Below are positions 1 to 16,412 of a stretch of DNA of 64,000 nucleotides, piece after piece. Under the pieces are notes generated by a model that was not told the DNA's origin, made no database searches, and saw nothing but the letters and a program-made list of their open reading frames with translations. Source of the stretch: the human T2T-CHM13v2.0 reference genome, Homo sapiens. The stretch's first letter is position 1. Each line of letters starts with the position of its first letter. Where the stretch lies: assembly GCF_009914755.1 (NCBI RefSeq), contig NC_060934.1. One strand, given 5' to 3'. The position numbers were made by a program, and so were the translations under genes.

Positions 1-953
1 GCAAGAGGCCACTGGGCAGAGAAGGCAGGGTCCTGCGTGTTCCTGATCAGGCCTGCTCTGGTCTCAGGCTGGGGAGGACACTGTGTCCTGGTGCTCGGCG
101 GTGTCTGGCACAGATGGGCGTGTGTGGGTGGGGCAGGAGGAGGAGCAGTTACCCGCAAATGGAGCCTGCGTGCTGGACACGGAGAGTCTCTCCCTTGTCA
201 GGCCTAAGGGGACACCAGGAGCCCCCCGGGCAGGAACAGTATCTGGGCGGCCAGCGGTTGGACACAGGGCTGCAATAGGGTCTGATTTTGTTCCTGAGGA
301 AGAAGAGACATTTGACTGGTCAGCCACAGAGGGCAGACGAGGATTCTGGACGCAGATTTCAGCGTGGCACAGCCTGTGTACTCACTGCTGGGGCACTGCC
401 ACCTGTGAGGTGATGAGCTCCCAGTCCCCCGATGAGTGGTCTTCTGTGAGGGTGTGGAGGAGGGGACTCCATGAGGGAAGGGCTGGATTAGGCTGGTGGT
501 CCCCAACATGGCAGCACATCAGAATCCCTGGAGGAGTTTGCTTATGGTACAGATCCCCGAGTCGCCCCCCGAGCCCCCACTAGATAGGACTCCCCAGGGA
601 TGAGCTGCACAACCTCCACGTCAGGCCTTCAGAGGCTGGGGCTCCATTTATCCCAGCCTCCCTTACCCACCCCTGAGATACGCTGTTGAGGTTTCAAGCA
701 CAGTGCAGCTGCACATGTAGTAGCAGTCCATAGACAGAGAACAAACGGCAACCTCAGGAGACTGCGGATTCAGAGCTTAGTCAGTGGATTTGGTGGCTGC
801 ACACAGCTTGGACAATGGCTTCCCTGCAGGCCACTCAAGAGACTGATGTCAGGTGTCATGCCTTTGGGGATTAAGATGCTGAAAGGGTTTTGATATCTTT
901 CAAGGGAAACAGAGCTACAGGGCCTTCAACAAGCTGCTTTGCTCCTGCGGTCA

Positions 954-1559
<606 letters not shown>

Positions 1560-3357
1560 TTACTTGTTTCCCACTGTCTGCTGGAAGTGTGGCTGTCCTG
1601 GCTAATCAGGCAGGAAGGCCTGGTAGCAATGGAGGCAGGGCAGTTGGTGGGCGGGAAGGAGTGAGCACGTGGACCTTCCAGGCAGTGGGGCCGGCCAGGG
1701 GCAGGGTTCCAGGTCCCAGGGCAGGGGAAACTGCCAGGAAACTATAGGCCCTGCCTCAGAGAGAGGACTGGGGCCAGAAGTGGGGGATTCTGGCTTAGTA
1801 CACTAGCCCTTGAGGCGCATGAGTCCTCCCAAGAGCACGGTGGACAAGTGTAATGTATAGGATACTCCTGGGGTTAGGGACGGGACAGGCAAGGAGACAT
1901 TAATGCCACATCTTGAGGGCACATTCAGGGCCAGGCATTGCATTTGTACAATTTCCAGATTTCACAAAACTCATGGGAGTGGATATCACTTGCCTCATTT
2001 ATAGACAAAGATAGGAAGGCCCATGTTAAATGATTTGCTCATGGCCACACAGCCAGTGAGAGGCAGAACGGGATGTGAACTCAGGTCTGGCTGATTCTAA
2101 AATGCACAGGGCTCCCTCTGCATCGTGCACCTCCTCCTCTGTTACAAGCATCGTTCTTCTGAAGCTCAATGGCACCCATCAGCTCAAGGCTCTGCGTGTA
2201 TCTGTCCAAGGTCAGGGGTACGTGCACAGAAATGGACATGCATGAAGGAAGTGTGACTCAGAATTAAATTGCAACAGAGAAATTTAAAATCACCTAGGCC
2301 AACAGAGTGTCAGCAGGATTTGAGCCTGAGACCTGTCAGGTTGCAAAACTGATTGCTGGGGAAACTGAGGTTGATGAGCTCCAGCCCCCGGCCATGCGCT
2401 CACATGGTATGTGGGAGGCCAGCTGCGCAGTAGTTGCAATGCCTCATATTTCTGGGGAGGTGGCCATGAGCTGCTGTGCTGGAGGCAATCAGGGAGGGGT
2501 CCCCCAAAGGGGCAAAGTTTGAGTTGTCTCTCAAAAGATGGGTTGAAATTCACATGCCAGTTAGGTATGGGAGAAAAGAGTTCTAGGCAGCTGGAACAGC
2601 ATATGAAAAAAATCAGAGGCCTGGAAGGATGCGTGGAGTTGGGGAAACTGGGAGTAGCTCCCTGGGGTGGGAGGCTGGGTGCAGGTGAGAAGGGAGGTGT
2701 GGGAGACGAGGCTGGGCAGAGGAGCCAGAGCGTGGGCTGGATTATGGAGGGCGTGTATCTGTGTGACCTTCTGACTTTGGCCAAGCCTCAGTTTCCTCAG
2801 CTATAAAATGGGAGAAATAAGGCCGTCTGTCTGTACAGGTTGTTGTGAGATGTAAACTAGACAGTAACAGTGAAGTGGGTGGCAGTGAGCCTGGTGCAGG
2901 GGCAGTAACTGGCTGTTGCTGCTGTAGTTGGTGATGGTGATGGTGATGGTGATGGTGATGGTGATAATAATAACTGGGTTTCCCAGTTTTCTTTCATCTG
3001 TTCTCAACACAGTAGCAAGAGTAGTTCTGTTAAGACATATGGCAGATAATATCCTTCCTTTGCTTACAAGCCTCCAGGGACTCCCCTTTCATGCAAGGGA
3101 AAAGCCACAATCCTTGTGACAGTCTTCAGGCCCTGCCTGACTTGATTTGCCCCTTAGCATACTCCCTGTGTTCCCATGCTGCTCCCTTCCTGTCACTCTG
3201 CTCTAGCTGCTGGCCTCTTCACCATGCCTGGAACTTGCCAGAGTACTCCTGCCTCAGGGCCTTTGCACTTGCTGCTCCTGCACCTGGAATGCTCCTCCCC
3301 AGGTGTCCGTATGGCTTGCCCTATCTAGCCTCCTTCAGGTCTTCAATCACATGTCAC

Positions 3358-3654
3358 TTTTTTTTTTTTTCAGACAAGGTCCTGTTCTGTCACCCAGGCT
3401 GGAGTGCAATGGTGCAATAATGGCTCACTGTAGCCTCAACCTCCTGGGTTCAAGCAATCCTCCTGGGTTGGCTTCTTGAGTAGCTGGGACCACAGGTATG
3501 CGCCACCATGCCCAGCTAGTCTTTTAAAATTTTTTGTAGACATAGAGTCTCACCATGTTGCCTAGGCTGGTTTCAAACTCCTGGGCTCAAGCAATCCTCC
3601 TGCCTTGTCCCCCAGAAATGTTGGGATTACAGGCGTGAGCTACCATGCCCAGCC
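3358..3654 (-). mobile_element. Alu (AluJ-like)
   Basis: Antisense dimeric Alu with poly-T. Confidence 0.93.
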
Positions 3655-5904
3655 ACGTCACCTCTTTAGTGAGGTCTTTGGTTGTGCTGCCTAAAATTGC
3701 AAACTGCCCCCTGGCCCTTGCCAGCACCCTGCCCCCCCTCCCCATCTTTCCTCCCTCCTCTATATCCCTTCTAAGTGTTGATCACCTTCTAGTTTATTAT
3801 GTATTTGTGTTGCATTGCTTGTTACTCCCGTTAGAACATAATGAGAGCAGGGCCCTTTGCCTGTCTTTTGCCCCACGGTATCTCCAGCATCTAGCTCAGA
3901 ATTGGTGCTCAGCAATATGTTATTATTTTTTATATGATCTCTGGAGGATAGGTTGGGCCAGCCCCCCCCGCTGGTGTGGCTGGGCCATGACCAGGATCCT
4001 CTAAGCTTGCTGTGCTTCTTAGGAAAGGCGTTTCCTGCATCCCTCCCGTCTCTTCCACAGGAGCCCCGGAGCTGCAGGATTCCTGCTGACAGCCTCTCCC
4101 ACCTGCAGTCATCCCACTGATTTCAAAATGCAGCCCCTCTGCTGGCTCTGGGCTCCCTCCCTGCCAGAAGCTCAGTGAGCATCGCGGGAGGATGGCTGGC
4201 AGCCTGTGTGCCATCTCATTCCGGAGGAATTTCCCCAGTTCCCAAAGCAGTCCAGTGCCTCGGGGCCCTGGAGCCTGGGTGGCCTGATTTAGATCCTGGG
4301 AGCAGGGCCCCAGCTGCAGTCTTCCCTAGCCAGCCGAAACTCCTTCTGCCAGAGAGGCCTTCTCTCTAAAAGCTCTCTGGCCTTGTGCATTTCTGCCCCA
4401 GGGAGCTGTTCTTTCTAGATCACTGGGCTGCACCCAAGTATTGGAGTAAGGTACCGCAGTCACTCAGTCACTCTGCTGTACCAAGCTCCTCTTTCTTTAG
4501 GCACACCTCCTGGAGCACCTGCAGGTGTCTCTCAGACCCCCTCCCCTCCCAATAGTCCCAGCCTCATCCCCTGTCAAACCTTGTTGGCCCATGTCCCACT
4601 TGCTTATAGCCTGGCCTGTTGGAGTGACTGACAGTCCGATACCTTCTCCATTTATTGTGTCCCTCTGGGACCTTCAGGAGACAACAGTGCTTTCATTCAG
4701 AGGAGTGGCAAATGGAATTGCAGGCTGGCAGTGGTGGGATTTTGGAATAGGCTGGGCTCCAGTCTCTGGATTCCCACTAGAGGAGTGGAGACTCCTCTGA
4801 AAAGAGGACAAGATCAGGTATCAGATAGACTGGAGTTGGAATCCTGACTTTCCTACTTGGATGTGTCCTCTTGGGGAAGTTCCTTGCCCATCTGTAGAAG
4901 GGGTGTAGCAGAGGTACCACTCCTCCCAGGATGGCTGGGGGGACTAAGTGAAATGATGGATATGAGGCCCTTGGCTTGGGGCCTGGCACAGAGTAAGGGT
5001 AAACAAATGCGAGTGGTTTCCTGCTGCACCAGGATGTGGGTCAGGTCTTCTCCCTGCTGAGTGCTGAGCCATCAATGGTACCCAGCTATCCCAGGGCTAT
5101 CTGAAGCAATGCAGGAGCCAGCTGGTCCCCTAGAACCTGCCCTGGGCACAGGCGAAGCCTCCTCCTCCTGGGATCCAGCATCTCTCTGGCTGTGGCTCTC
5201 CATGCAGAACCTGTTTCTCCCACCTTGCTCTTTCTGTCTGGGCAGTCAGGGCTGATGAAGCTGGCCACCCTGGAGCCATAGGGAAGTCTCTGCCTGTTGT
5301 GTTTGGTAGATCCTCTGGCACTCAGTGACTTCAATTTCACAGACCTCTCGAGGATCCTGATTTCCTGCTCTCTTGTTTGTAAAATGACTCAAATGAGGGA
5401 CAGAAACCCAGACACACATGAACAGCTAGAACGCAGGAGAATTTGCAAATCTCAGGGTGTCAGGCCTGGGAGAGCCCTGAGGGTCATGAGGCCCACCTGC
5501 CTCTGTCAATGATGGAGAGCCCGAGGTCCAGAGAGGGCCTGTTACCTGTCACAGGTCACACAGCTTGTAAAGGACTGAGCTAGGGTTCAAACCTGGATTT
5601 CCTGACTCCCCATCCATTGCTGTCTCCACTGCACCCCACCAGCCTGAACAGTGTGCTGGGGACCCCACAGGGAACCCCACTTTCATTTCCTGCCTCCATG
5701 TCTTGTCCCACATCCCCATACCGGATCAGGTAGAAAGTCACAGGGAGCAACTCACGTGGGGATTGGTGAGGATCAGGATGGTCTCTAATTCCAAACGGGC
5801 CGGTTACAAGAACTTGCTGACTGCCTCCTCTCCACGCCTCTGTCCGTGCTCTTTCTGTAGTCTGGACTGCTCTCCTCCCAACTCTGCTGGTCAAAATAGC
5901 CTTC

Positions 5905-6125
5905 TCACACCTCCCAGGTCCCATACCTACCAGCTCCCACACCTCCCGGATCCCACCTCTCCCAGGTCCCACACCTCCCGGATCCCACACCTCCCAGGTC
6001 CCACACCTCCTGGATCCCACACCTCCCGGATCCCACACCTCCCGTGTCCCACCCCTCCCAGGTCCCACACCTCCTAGATCCCACCCCTCCCAGGTCCCAC
6101 CCCTCCCAGGTCCCACACCTCCCAA
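5905..6125. repeat. 16-bp minisatellite (TCCCACACCTCCCAGG / ...CGGA variants), about 13 copies
   Basis: Direct tandem units read from the sequence. Confidence 0.92.
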
Positions 6126-8454
6126 GAAGCTTTGTGCAGAAAAGGAAGGACTGTACACTGTTCCTTTGTTCCCCATATAGCACTTTGTTTATGCTGCTTT
6201 TATCACATGGTTTCTTATGTTTTCATTGTCGGCTGAAGGAAATGCCCCTTCCCTGCTTTCATTCTAAGACATTTGGGAGCCAAGTCAGTTTCAGAGGCTA
6301 CAAGACAGGGAGCCAGGAATCGCCTGTGTCCCGACCAGAACACTCAGGGGGAGGAGCTTCTCTGCTGCTGAGGCTTGGCTGGCCTGGCTTCCTCCCACCT
6401 GGTCAGACTCTCATCTTCCCTCGGTTTGTGGGAAGTGAGTCCATTCATCTCTGAAATACTCTTAACAGGCACTTATAAACTAGACATTGGGTCCTTCTGT
6501 AAACCTGTTCTGGCACAGATGCTTACAAAAAAACACTCATCTCTCCAGTAGGGTCCTGAGGCCAGATGGCCTTGTGCCCACAGTGCCAGTAAAAGGCTGG
6601 AGTTTGGTTGGTTTTCCCTGCCTAGAAAATAAAGGAAAGGAAGATGTGGCACCTGCCTAACCAGCCTCTCCTGCTGAGGGTTTCCAGTTCTCAGAAATCT
6701 CACACTGTTATGAGCTATGATGTCTGAGCTGGGGCCTGCTATCACCTGCACTTCCCAAGCAGCTCCTGCAGGAAGTTGGACCTCAGAGCCAATCAAAGCC
6801 TTGGGATTCCAGGGATCTGCCTGTATCCTCCTTCTAGCATGGACCAGATATCCTAGCAAAATCCAATGAGTGGCTCCACGCAGATTTTGTAGCTGACACT
6901 TAATGCCTTCTTCCTGTATACCCGGCACTGTGACATGAGCTTATATGTTATCACATTTAATCATCCTGATAGCCTTATAGCACAGGTAGTATTGTCACCA
7001 TTTCATGGATGCAGAAATTGAGGCCCTGGGATGTTGAGCCATGTGCCCAAGGTCACACACAGCTAGAAGGCTGCCAGCTGGGACTGGAATCCAGCTCTTG
7101 CTGACCAGAAAGGCTGTGCAAATGACCATTGCACCACCCTGCCATCAGATCACCTCTGCCCCCTAACACCTGATCCCAGCTTTCTAGAATAAGGCCAGTG
7201 TACTCGTAGAGTCTCCAGGCTTGGCTTGGCTTAACATCGGCTTAAATGCCATCAGTGTGGGACTCCACTCCTTCCATTAGGAAACTGCTGTCCAACCTCA
7301 GAGCTTTTGCTGGGAGAAAATGGTTCCTGCCACTAGGCCTAAAATTCCCAGGGATTCATCTCATGCCATTTTGCATAATTATACCCTCTCATGTTATCCC
7401 CAATACTTCCCCTCCCTCAAAGGCCTTCACACCCCTTGGAGCCTTGCATGCAATTATCCTATTTTGCTTAACTTGGCAAAGCCCAGAGTGTGCGTCTTTT
7501 CATCTGTTATAATTATTCCATTTCCCTTGTTCCTGCATTGTTTCAGATATTTCATCTCTGAACACCCTCCAATTGCAGGGTACCCTCTGGAACAGTGGTT
7601 GCCAAGAGCCCAATGCTGCAGTCAGGAAAGATCTCATTAGGAGCAGATGGAGGGAGGGAACATCCCCACTGGGCAGGGGTTGCCCAAGCTGCCAGTAACA
7701 ATGCCATCTGGAGGGTCTTACCTCCTCCCTTCCTGGGCATCCAGGACTGCCCAGACGCTAGTCTGAAGGCAGAAGGGGCTTTCCAATTGCTCTCCTGGGC
7801 ACAGAGGGTGTGGATAGACACCTCTCTGAGCGGGGACATGGGTCTGAGTCTGTCTGCATGTCTCTTGTCTCAGCCTTCTTTCACTACTCTAGTTCAGCTG
7901 TTCGTTTATTTAACAAACATTTGTCAAAGACCTGCCATATGCCAGATCTACAGCTGGGCAGTGGGGATGCCATGGTAAATATAGGCATGCATTCCCTGCC
8001 CTCAGGGGACATATGTTCCAGTGCATGGGAAAGACAGTAAGCAAGCAAAGCAGCTGATGCATATGGACAGTTGAGGCACAAGGAGGGCAAATGGCAGAGT
8101 CCAGGGAAGGAGAGTAACAAGGGGTCCCACTGAAGTGGGGTGGTCAAGAGGGGCCTCTGAGCAGGTGGCATTGAAGCTGAGACCTGAAGATGGGAAAGAC
8201 CCTGCTAGGGAAAGATGTGGGAGGTCGGTTTCTGAAAAAGGTGACAGGATGTGCAAACCCCTGGGCAGGAGAGTCTTGGCTGAGTAGAAGGATGGATGGA
8301 AGGGCAGTGGGCATGAGCTGAAGCTGGAGGGCCGGCAGCCCAGACTGGGAGGAGGTTACATATGATTGCAAGTAGCTGCCTCTCCCACTGACTTGCTGTG
8401 TGGCATAAGCAAGTTAATAACTTAGGTCTTCTCTTTGGTAAAATGGAGAAGGAA

Positions 8455-8739
8455 GGTCAGGCGCGGTGGCTCATGCCTATAATTTCAGCAATTTGGGAGG
8501 CTGGGGCAGGAGGATCACTTGAGGCCAGGAGTTTAAGACTAGCCTGAGCAACATAGCAAGAACCTGTCTCTATGGAAAATAAAAAAAAAATTAGCTGGGT
8601 GCAGTGATGTGAGCCCGTAGTCCAAGGTACTCAGGAGGCTGAAGTGGGAGGATCACTTGATCCTGGGAGTTCCAGGGTGTAGTGAGCTATGATGTGCACT
8701 CCAGCCTGGGTGACAGTGTGAGACCCTATCTCTTAAAAA
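8455..8739 (+). mobile_element. Alu (AluJ-like)
   Basis: Dimeric Alu with aaatggaga repeated on both flanks. Confidence 0.92.
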
Positions 8740-9515
8740 GAAATGGAGATGGTAATTCCCCCTCCCTAAACGTGTCAGGAGGCTTCAGTGGGAAGCCGGG
8801 CTGCTCCAGGCCCAGGGCAAGCCCTGTATGCAGGGAGCAATTCTTTTCTTTTGTTCACCACTAGTTCCTTAAGGAAAAACATCCTCATGTCTGGCTGTCT
8901 CTCTCCATCCCACTCCTGTCCACCATCCTTTCCCTCCCAAATGCGAGGTTCTCCCCATTCTAAGTGACACCCAGACAGAACTGGCCAGACTTTAGCCATA
9001 ACACATCTAGTTGTCTCAACTCCATGTTGTCTGAGCTCTGGCGGTCCCAGATGGTGATGCAAAGGGCAGGGCTTCTGCCCCCACAGTGGGCTCGCAGGTG
9101 TGCCTTCATCTCACTTGCATTCTCTCTCCTTTTTAATTTTCAAATTGTTTTAATTAGTTATTCAGTGGGTACGAAAGAATATTTCTGGCATCTGTGTAAA
9201 GTATAAAGAATGAGAACACAGCGAACACCAGTGTACCCACCGCTCAGTTTAAGGAGAGCATTTCTTTCCCATTTGGATTTCTGCGTCTGCGTCTCCCCAA
9301 GTTTGCCTAGAGCTAATCGCTTTCTTGAATTTTGTGTTTATCTTTTTATTTCTTTTCTTTATAGTTTTGCACTTATGTTTATATACCCAAGTAACATATT
9401 GTTTTAGTTTCTGCATGCTTTGGAACTTTATGTAAATATAAACACAACCACACTGTATGTATCTTTCCTTTGCCTTTTTTGTTCAACCTGGTTTTTCTGA
9501 TATCCGTGTTGTAAC

Positions 9516-9823
<308 letters not shown>

Positions 9824-10404
9824 TAGTTATTCTATTATGTGAGTAGATCACGATATAATTATTCATTTTCTGACCTAAGGATGTTTGGGGTTGTTTTCAG
9901 GTTTTTTCTTTCACAGTGCTGCTGAGAACATTTTGGTTTGTAACTGGACCCACAGATGCAATGGTGTCGATCTAAGAGTGGAATTGCTGGGTTATGGAGT
10001 AAGGCTAAATTGTTTTCCAAAGCGGCTGTACCTGCTGATACTCCCGTCGGCAGTATAGAAGTATTCCTGTTGATCCACAGCCTTCCCAGCCCATGGTTGG
10101 TGTCTTTTTAAGTTTTGTTGATTTAGAGGGTGGTATCTCATTGTGGTCCCCCTCAATGTTCCAGTGCATTCTTCAAAGCAGCCATTTTTTGTCTTTGCCA
10201 AGGTTAAGGTTACTCTCTCCTCTTCAGAGTCTGTTTCCAGGCCCACCCTCTACCCTTCTTGGCTATGGCAGAAAAGGATGCAGCCTTCCTTCTCTCTCAA
10301 GCCTGGGCTCTTTTCTCTCTAATGTAGGAGCCTACTTCTCCCCTTCATCCCCATCATCTCCAGTGTCCCCATATTTATGATTTCCAGATTTCATAAATGA
10401 GTAG

Positions 10405-10906
10405 TGTGGTAGGTAGTGTTGGTCACATATCCAATCTCTGGCTATGTTCAACCTCTTCTTCCTTGCCTTCCTCTTCCTATAGAGTCTGAAAATGCTGGAG
10501 AGCTTCCTGGCTGCCCTTGCAACTAGACATGGCCATGGGACCCGGTTCTGGTCAATATGATACAAGGGCATGTTTACTGGGAGGCTTCTGAGAAAGATTT
10601 ATCTCCCTGAAAAAAGGAAGTAGGTTCTCCCTCCTTCTGCCTGCCATGGATGTTTATATATGAGAACATGATGTTTGGAGCTGCAGCAGCCACCTTGCAA
10701 CTCTGGGCAGTAAGTCCGAGGACAAGAAGCCAATGTGCTCAGGATGTAGAGAAAGGATGAAAAAGGCCTGGATTCTTAGGGACACTGGGGGCCAGTGAGC
10801 TCATTCTGGAGCTGCCACCCTATAGACTGCTTGTTATGTTAATCAGATGTCTTTATTGCTCAAATGATGTTCATAGGATAATCTATTTGCAGCCCCAAAA
10901 TCCTGA
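10405..10906 (+). mobile_element. Old MLT1-type MaLR LTR
   Basis: Motifs ggaggcttctgagaaagattt, tgatgtttggagctgcagcagccaccttgcaac and ttgcagcc..aaaatcctgac. Confidence 0.6.
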
Positions 10907-11494
10907 CTTTGGCCTTTGTAGTGATTTCTCTGTCTTGCTTTTTCTGTCATTCTGTTCACTGTACTTTTTGTACAGTGTACATCCTGTTCTTTTTGTACTC
11001 CAAATCGCACTCTCTAAAGACTCAGTAATGTAATTCCTGCCAATCCAGTTCCTCCTGAACTTTCTATAATACCTGACACTGTTCATCCACCTTCTGGAGG
11101 GCTTTTCCCTCCTGGGCTTCTGTGATGCTCCAGGGTCCAGGATCTCCAGCTGCCATCGTCTTTTTCTCCTTACACTGACTTCTTCTCTCCATGAGCTACT
11201 TTTGCTGAACACCTGCTACAGACCAGGAGCTGAACATGGTTCTTTCCAGAGGTCATTTTACTCCCTACAAAGCTCCTGTGACTTCGGTATTATAATTTCC
11301 ACTTCACAGATGTGGAGCCTAAGCTCAGAGATGGTAATTAACTCATCTACAGTGATGGAATTAGTAAGTGACACAGCTGGGATTTGAACTGAGGTATCTT
11401 CAACCTCAGTTGAAGATCTTGCCCAAGGCTAGACAGCCAGTCTTTCTCATAGCCCTTTTTAACCCTCTCCTGAGGTCAAATGACACATTCTTAT

Positions 11495-12188
<694 letters not shown>

Positions 12189-13603
12189 CTCATTGCATCA
12201 ATTCTATAGAGCCCTCCCAAGTTTTTCCCAGTCTTTTTTTTTTTTTTTTTTTTTTTTTTGAGATGGAGTCCCTTCAGTCCTGAAAAACCACGAATGCTTC
12301 TCCTCTCCCCTTACATCTGCCATGTGTAATTCTCACCTGGTCTGCCTTTGTGGTTTCTGACCACAGCATCTTCCAGCCATGGAGATGGATGGGTCGTCCT
12401 TCATTCTTTTGTCCACCCCTCCCTTCTCCATCTCATATACTCAATCAGAAGCAGCAGCCCTGGGTGACCACACTGAAAATGTTTCTTGCATCTGTCCCTT
12501 TGTCCTCACTCCTAGGCCATGCCCCATGCCCCACCACCTGGTCCTTCCCCTTCTCATCCACCCCCAAAACTGCTTCCAGATGGATGGTTCCAATACATTG
12601 CTTTCCTGATGCCCTCACATGCTCCCATTGCATATATGGCCCCGTCCTGGCTTTCATGGCCCTTCATGATCTGGCTCCAGCATTGGTTCTTGACAGAGTA
12701 GTTCAAATCCACCAGCATGGGCTGCTGTTTCCAGACATATCTTCCCCTTTCTTAACTTCCAGCTGCCCACTCTCCACCCCCACACTGTCTAGCATCTTCC
12801 TTCCCTAAGCATAAAACACCTCATCTTTCGTATCTACCTCTAGTCCTATGGGTGAGGGGAAGACTTCTGTTACTAGACTGCTGGGATCTCTCCCTGCTCA
12901 GCTTTCCTATAACTCTTGCTGTCTCTATAGGTCCCTGGGGCACCTGTTAGATGCTCACTTTGTCATGGTGTCTAAGCCAGATTTCCCAGACAAGACCATA
13001 CAGTTCTTTATGATTGGAACCATGCCTCTCCCTATCTCAACCTTGGGGAACTGAATGGAGATGTTCCCTTTCCTGTAAGTCAACTCAACTGCCTATATAA
13101 ATATTAACTGAGCATTTACTATGTTCCAGGTTCTATTCTAGGCACTGGGAATGCAGATGAGGAGACAAAGTTCCTGCCTTCAGGAGTTTATGGTGTGATA
13201 GGGAAGACAAACAAATAAATTGTAGAAAGTATGACTTATTATGGGGAAAGTATAGGGTGCTCGTAATAGGGGTACACATGACCAAGGCCAAAGTGACAGG
13301 AAAGCCTTAATCCCAAGGAAGGAAATTGTAAATCGAAACTAGAAGAGGTTTAGCCAGGTGAAAAGGCAGGTGAAGAGCAAGGAATGTTCCAGGTAGAGCA
13401 CATGTGAAAGCTCAGAAGTGAGAGAGCACAGCACATTTGAGAGAGTGGAAAATCAGTCTACTCTGGCTGTGGCTGGCATGGAGTGTGTGTAGAAGAGAAG
13501 TGGTGAGAAGGGCTGGGGGTGGTGGTGTGTGGGGGCCAGATGGGCTGGACACAGGAGAGAGAGGAGTCCTGGGTGTTGTAGTCTTGGTGAGGAGGGATGG
13601 CAC

Positions 13604-13907
<304 letters not shown>

Positions 13908-15209
13908 CCAGCACTTTTTAGCCAAGATAACTTTAGGTCCAGGGGAGTATCAGGAGCCCAGCAGGAGGAATAGATGACGTGGAGGCAGGGAATGGTGAAA
14001 TGGCTGCTAGAACTCGGAAGACTATGGAAATGTTCCAATTGCCGGAACTTGCCCTGTGACCTGGGCAATGGTCAGGAATTCCAAAACCTCTAAGGAGTTT
14101 ACCAGGCAAAGCATGGTAGGATAGAAACCATGAGAGAGATGTCTAGAAAGTCCTGTGTTTGGGAGTGGGATGGTTCAAGAAAGGCTTCCTGGCCCTGATG
14201 GACTTCAAGATGCGTCTGCAACATGGGACTGATAGTGCTGGGCATCGGTGTGGTGAGAATGGTGTTCTCTCCTTCCCGCCAGTGCCCAGAACAGTACCTG
14301 GAACATAGGAGATGCTCAGTCCTAGCCTGTGGCTAAGAGCTTCTGGCTCTGGGGCCTCTGGTGGCCCAGTTACCCCTGGGACCTCTGGTTCTCCTTTCCA
14401 CAGCAGCAACTGACCTTGGGAGAGTGAGGTTGGCAAAGGCCATTTCCTCATCATTCATGTCCTTCCCAGTCTCTACCAAGCTAAGCAAATAGCTACTTTC
14501 TTTCCAAGGTAATTGGACCAATTTGTCCAAACATGGAAAGCCAATAAGTGGGTCTGAACTGAAGTCTTTATCTATTATGGCACCACACCTATTGTCTAGA
14601 AATTTGTATCATCTACAAAATAAAATTTTCATTTATACGCCCTCCCACAGAACAAATCAGATATAAAATGATTGATTCTAACAGTATCTCAAAGAAGCTC
14701 CCTTTCCAGAGAACTCTGCTTTAATCAATTCAACAAATATTTATTGAACCAGACATTATTCTAGGCATTTGGGATACATCAGTGAACATAGCAAAGATCC
14801 TTACCCAAGCTTGCAATTTAGCAGGCAAGACAAACAGAAGACATAATAAGTAAATTATACAGTTTTCTAGAAAAGGTGATGAGTGCTACAGAAAAGGATT
14901 AGAAGGGGGACTAAACAGAGAGTTCTGTTTTCCATAAGCCAACCTACCTGAGTGGGAAGGAGGATTGGGAAGGACGGGAGGGAAGGAAGAGATAGGACAC
15001 AACTTCTGTGTTTTACTGCCCGCATAAGCCTTTGTCCCTGGTTGGAATTTTAAACTAATTGCATGTATTACTTTGATAAAAATTAAGTTTAAATAGTGAC
15101 ATAACTATATTGGGAGGGGAGGGCAGCGGTGTGACCCAAGTTCTCTTCTGTCACTGAAGAAAACAGGACAGTTTCTAAAGTGAATAAATCATAGAAGTAC
15201 CGGTATATA

Positions 15210-15547
<338 letters not shown>

Positions 15548-16360
15548 TCATTATCAGAAGAATTTAAAACAGAAACCACGAAAAGAGTGAAAAGTCATTT
15601 CTTCTAGAGGAAAGAAGACAGAGTGGGAAGGCTCAGGACAGAGCTGGTGGGGGACTCTTGCCTTTTTAAAATAAGTCTTGCTGTATGTTTGGGTTTTTAA
15701 AATCATAGGCATGTGTTACTTTAATGATTAGAAAAAAATCTGCTGAGCCCTTGAGGGGGTCCACGGTGATGGGAGGTGCCTTTGGGACTTCTGCAGGGAG
15801 TGGAGGGTGGTAGAGCAAGCAAGTTCTGCCGCATTTCCTCCAAATCCACTTTCTTTTATTTGTTTTATGTATCTGACTTTCATGCGAGACTTTGAACAAA
15901 GGGTTCTGCAACTAAAATTGGTTCGAACTCTATGATCCCTTTTGGCTCTCGTAATTAATGATGCTTTATAAGCACCTGTTACCCTTTGTGCTCATGTCTA
16001 TTTACTTCCTGAAATAATTTCCTTAATTTAGCCAGAAGCCTTGCAATCTGCCCCCAGTTGGCTATGGTTTGAAATGATTGGTGAGTTTGCTGCCAGTTTG
16101 CTCGGTGTAAAAGTGAGACCTTGCAGTAGGTCATTCCTGATTGCTACTTCAGAGGGCCTCTGGAGCCACTGTTAGAACAAAGGTCCGGTGGGCATTCTGT
16201 CTGGCCTCCAGCACAGTGGCTATTGTAACAACAGGTAAACATTTTGGCCAATAATTCCCCAATGTCATCTCAGTATCTGCAGTCTCTCCTGTGCAGCTGT
16301 GAATCTGCTTATAGAATCTACTTATAGAACCTTGCCTCCCACTCCACTTCCTGGAGATGG

Positions 16361-16363
<3 letters not shown>

Positions 16364-16410
<47 letters not shown>
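16364..16410. repeat. (GA)n microsatellite
   Basis: About 23 pure GA units. Other microsatellites: (GGTGAT)n near 2930-2965, (CA)n 33499-33542, (GT)n 46872-46892. Confidence 0.95.

Positions 16411-16412
<2 letters not shown>

Noticed and set aside
2801-3119. ITITIT / MVMVMV ORFs
   Set aside because: Translations of a (GGTGAT)n microsatellite at a MIR end.
5580-6454. Repetitive-peptide ORFs and an array that superficially resembles a repeat-spacer locus
   Set aside because: Head-to-tail minisatellite with no unique spacers, in eukaryotic DNA. Not CRISPR and not coding. The same applies to 53467-53765.
12234-12271. Poly-T plus gagatggagtc
   Set aside because: Most likely an extremely 5'-truncated Alu tail. 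No convincing TSD and no further structure.
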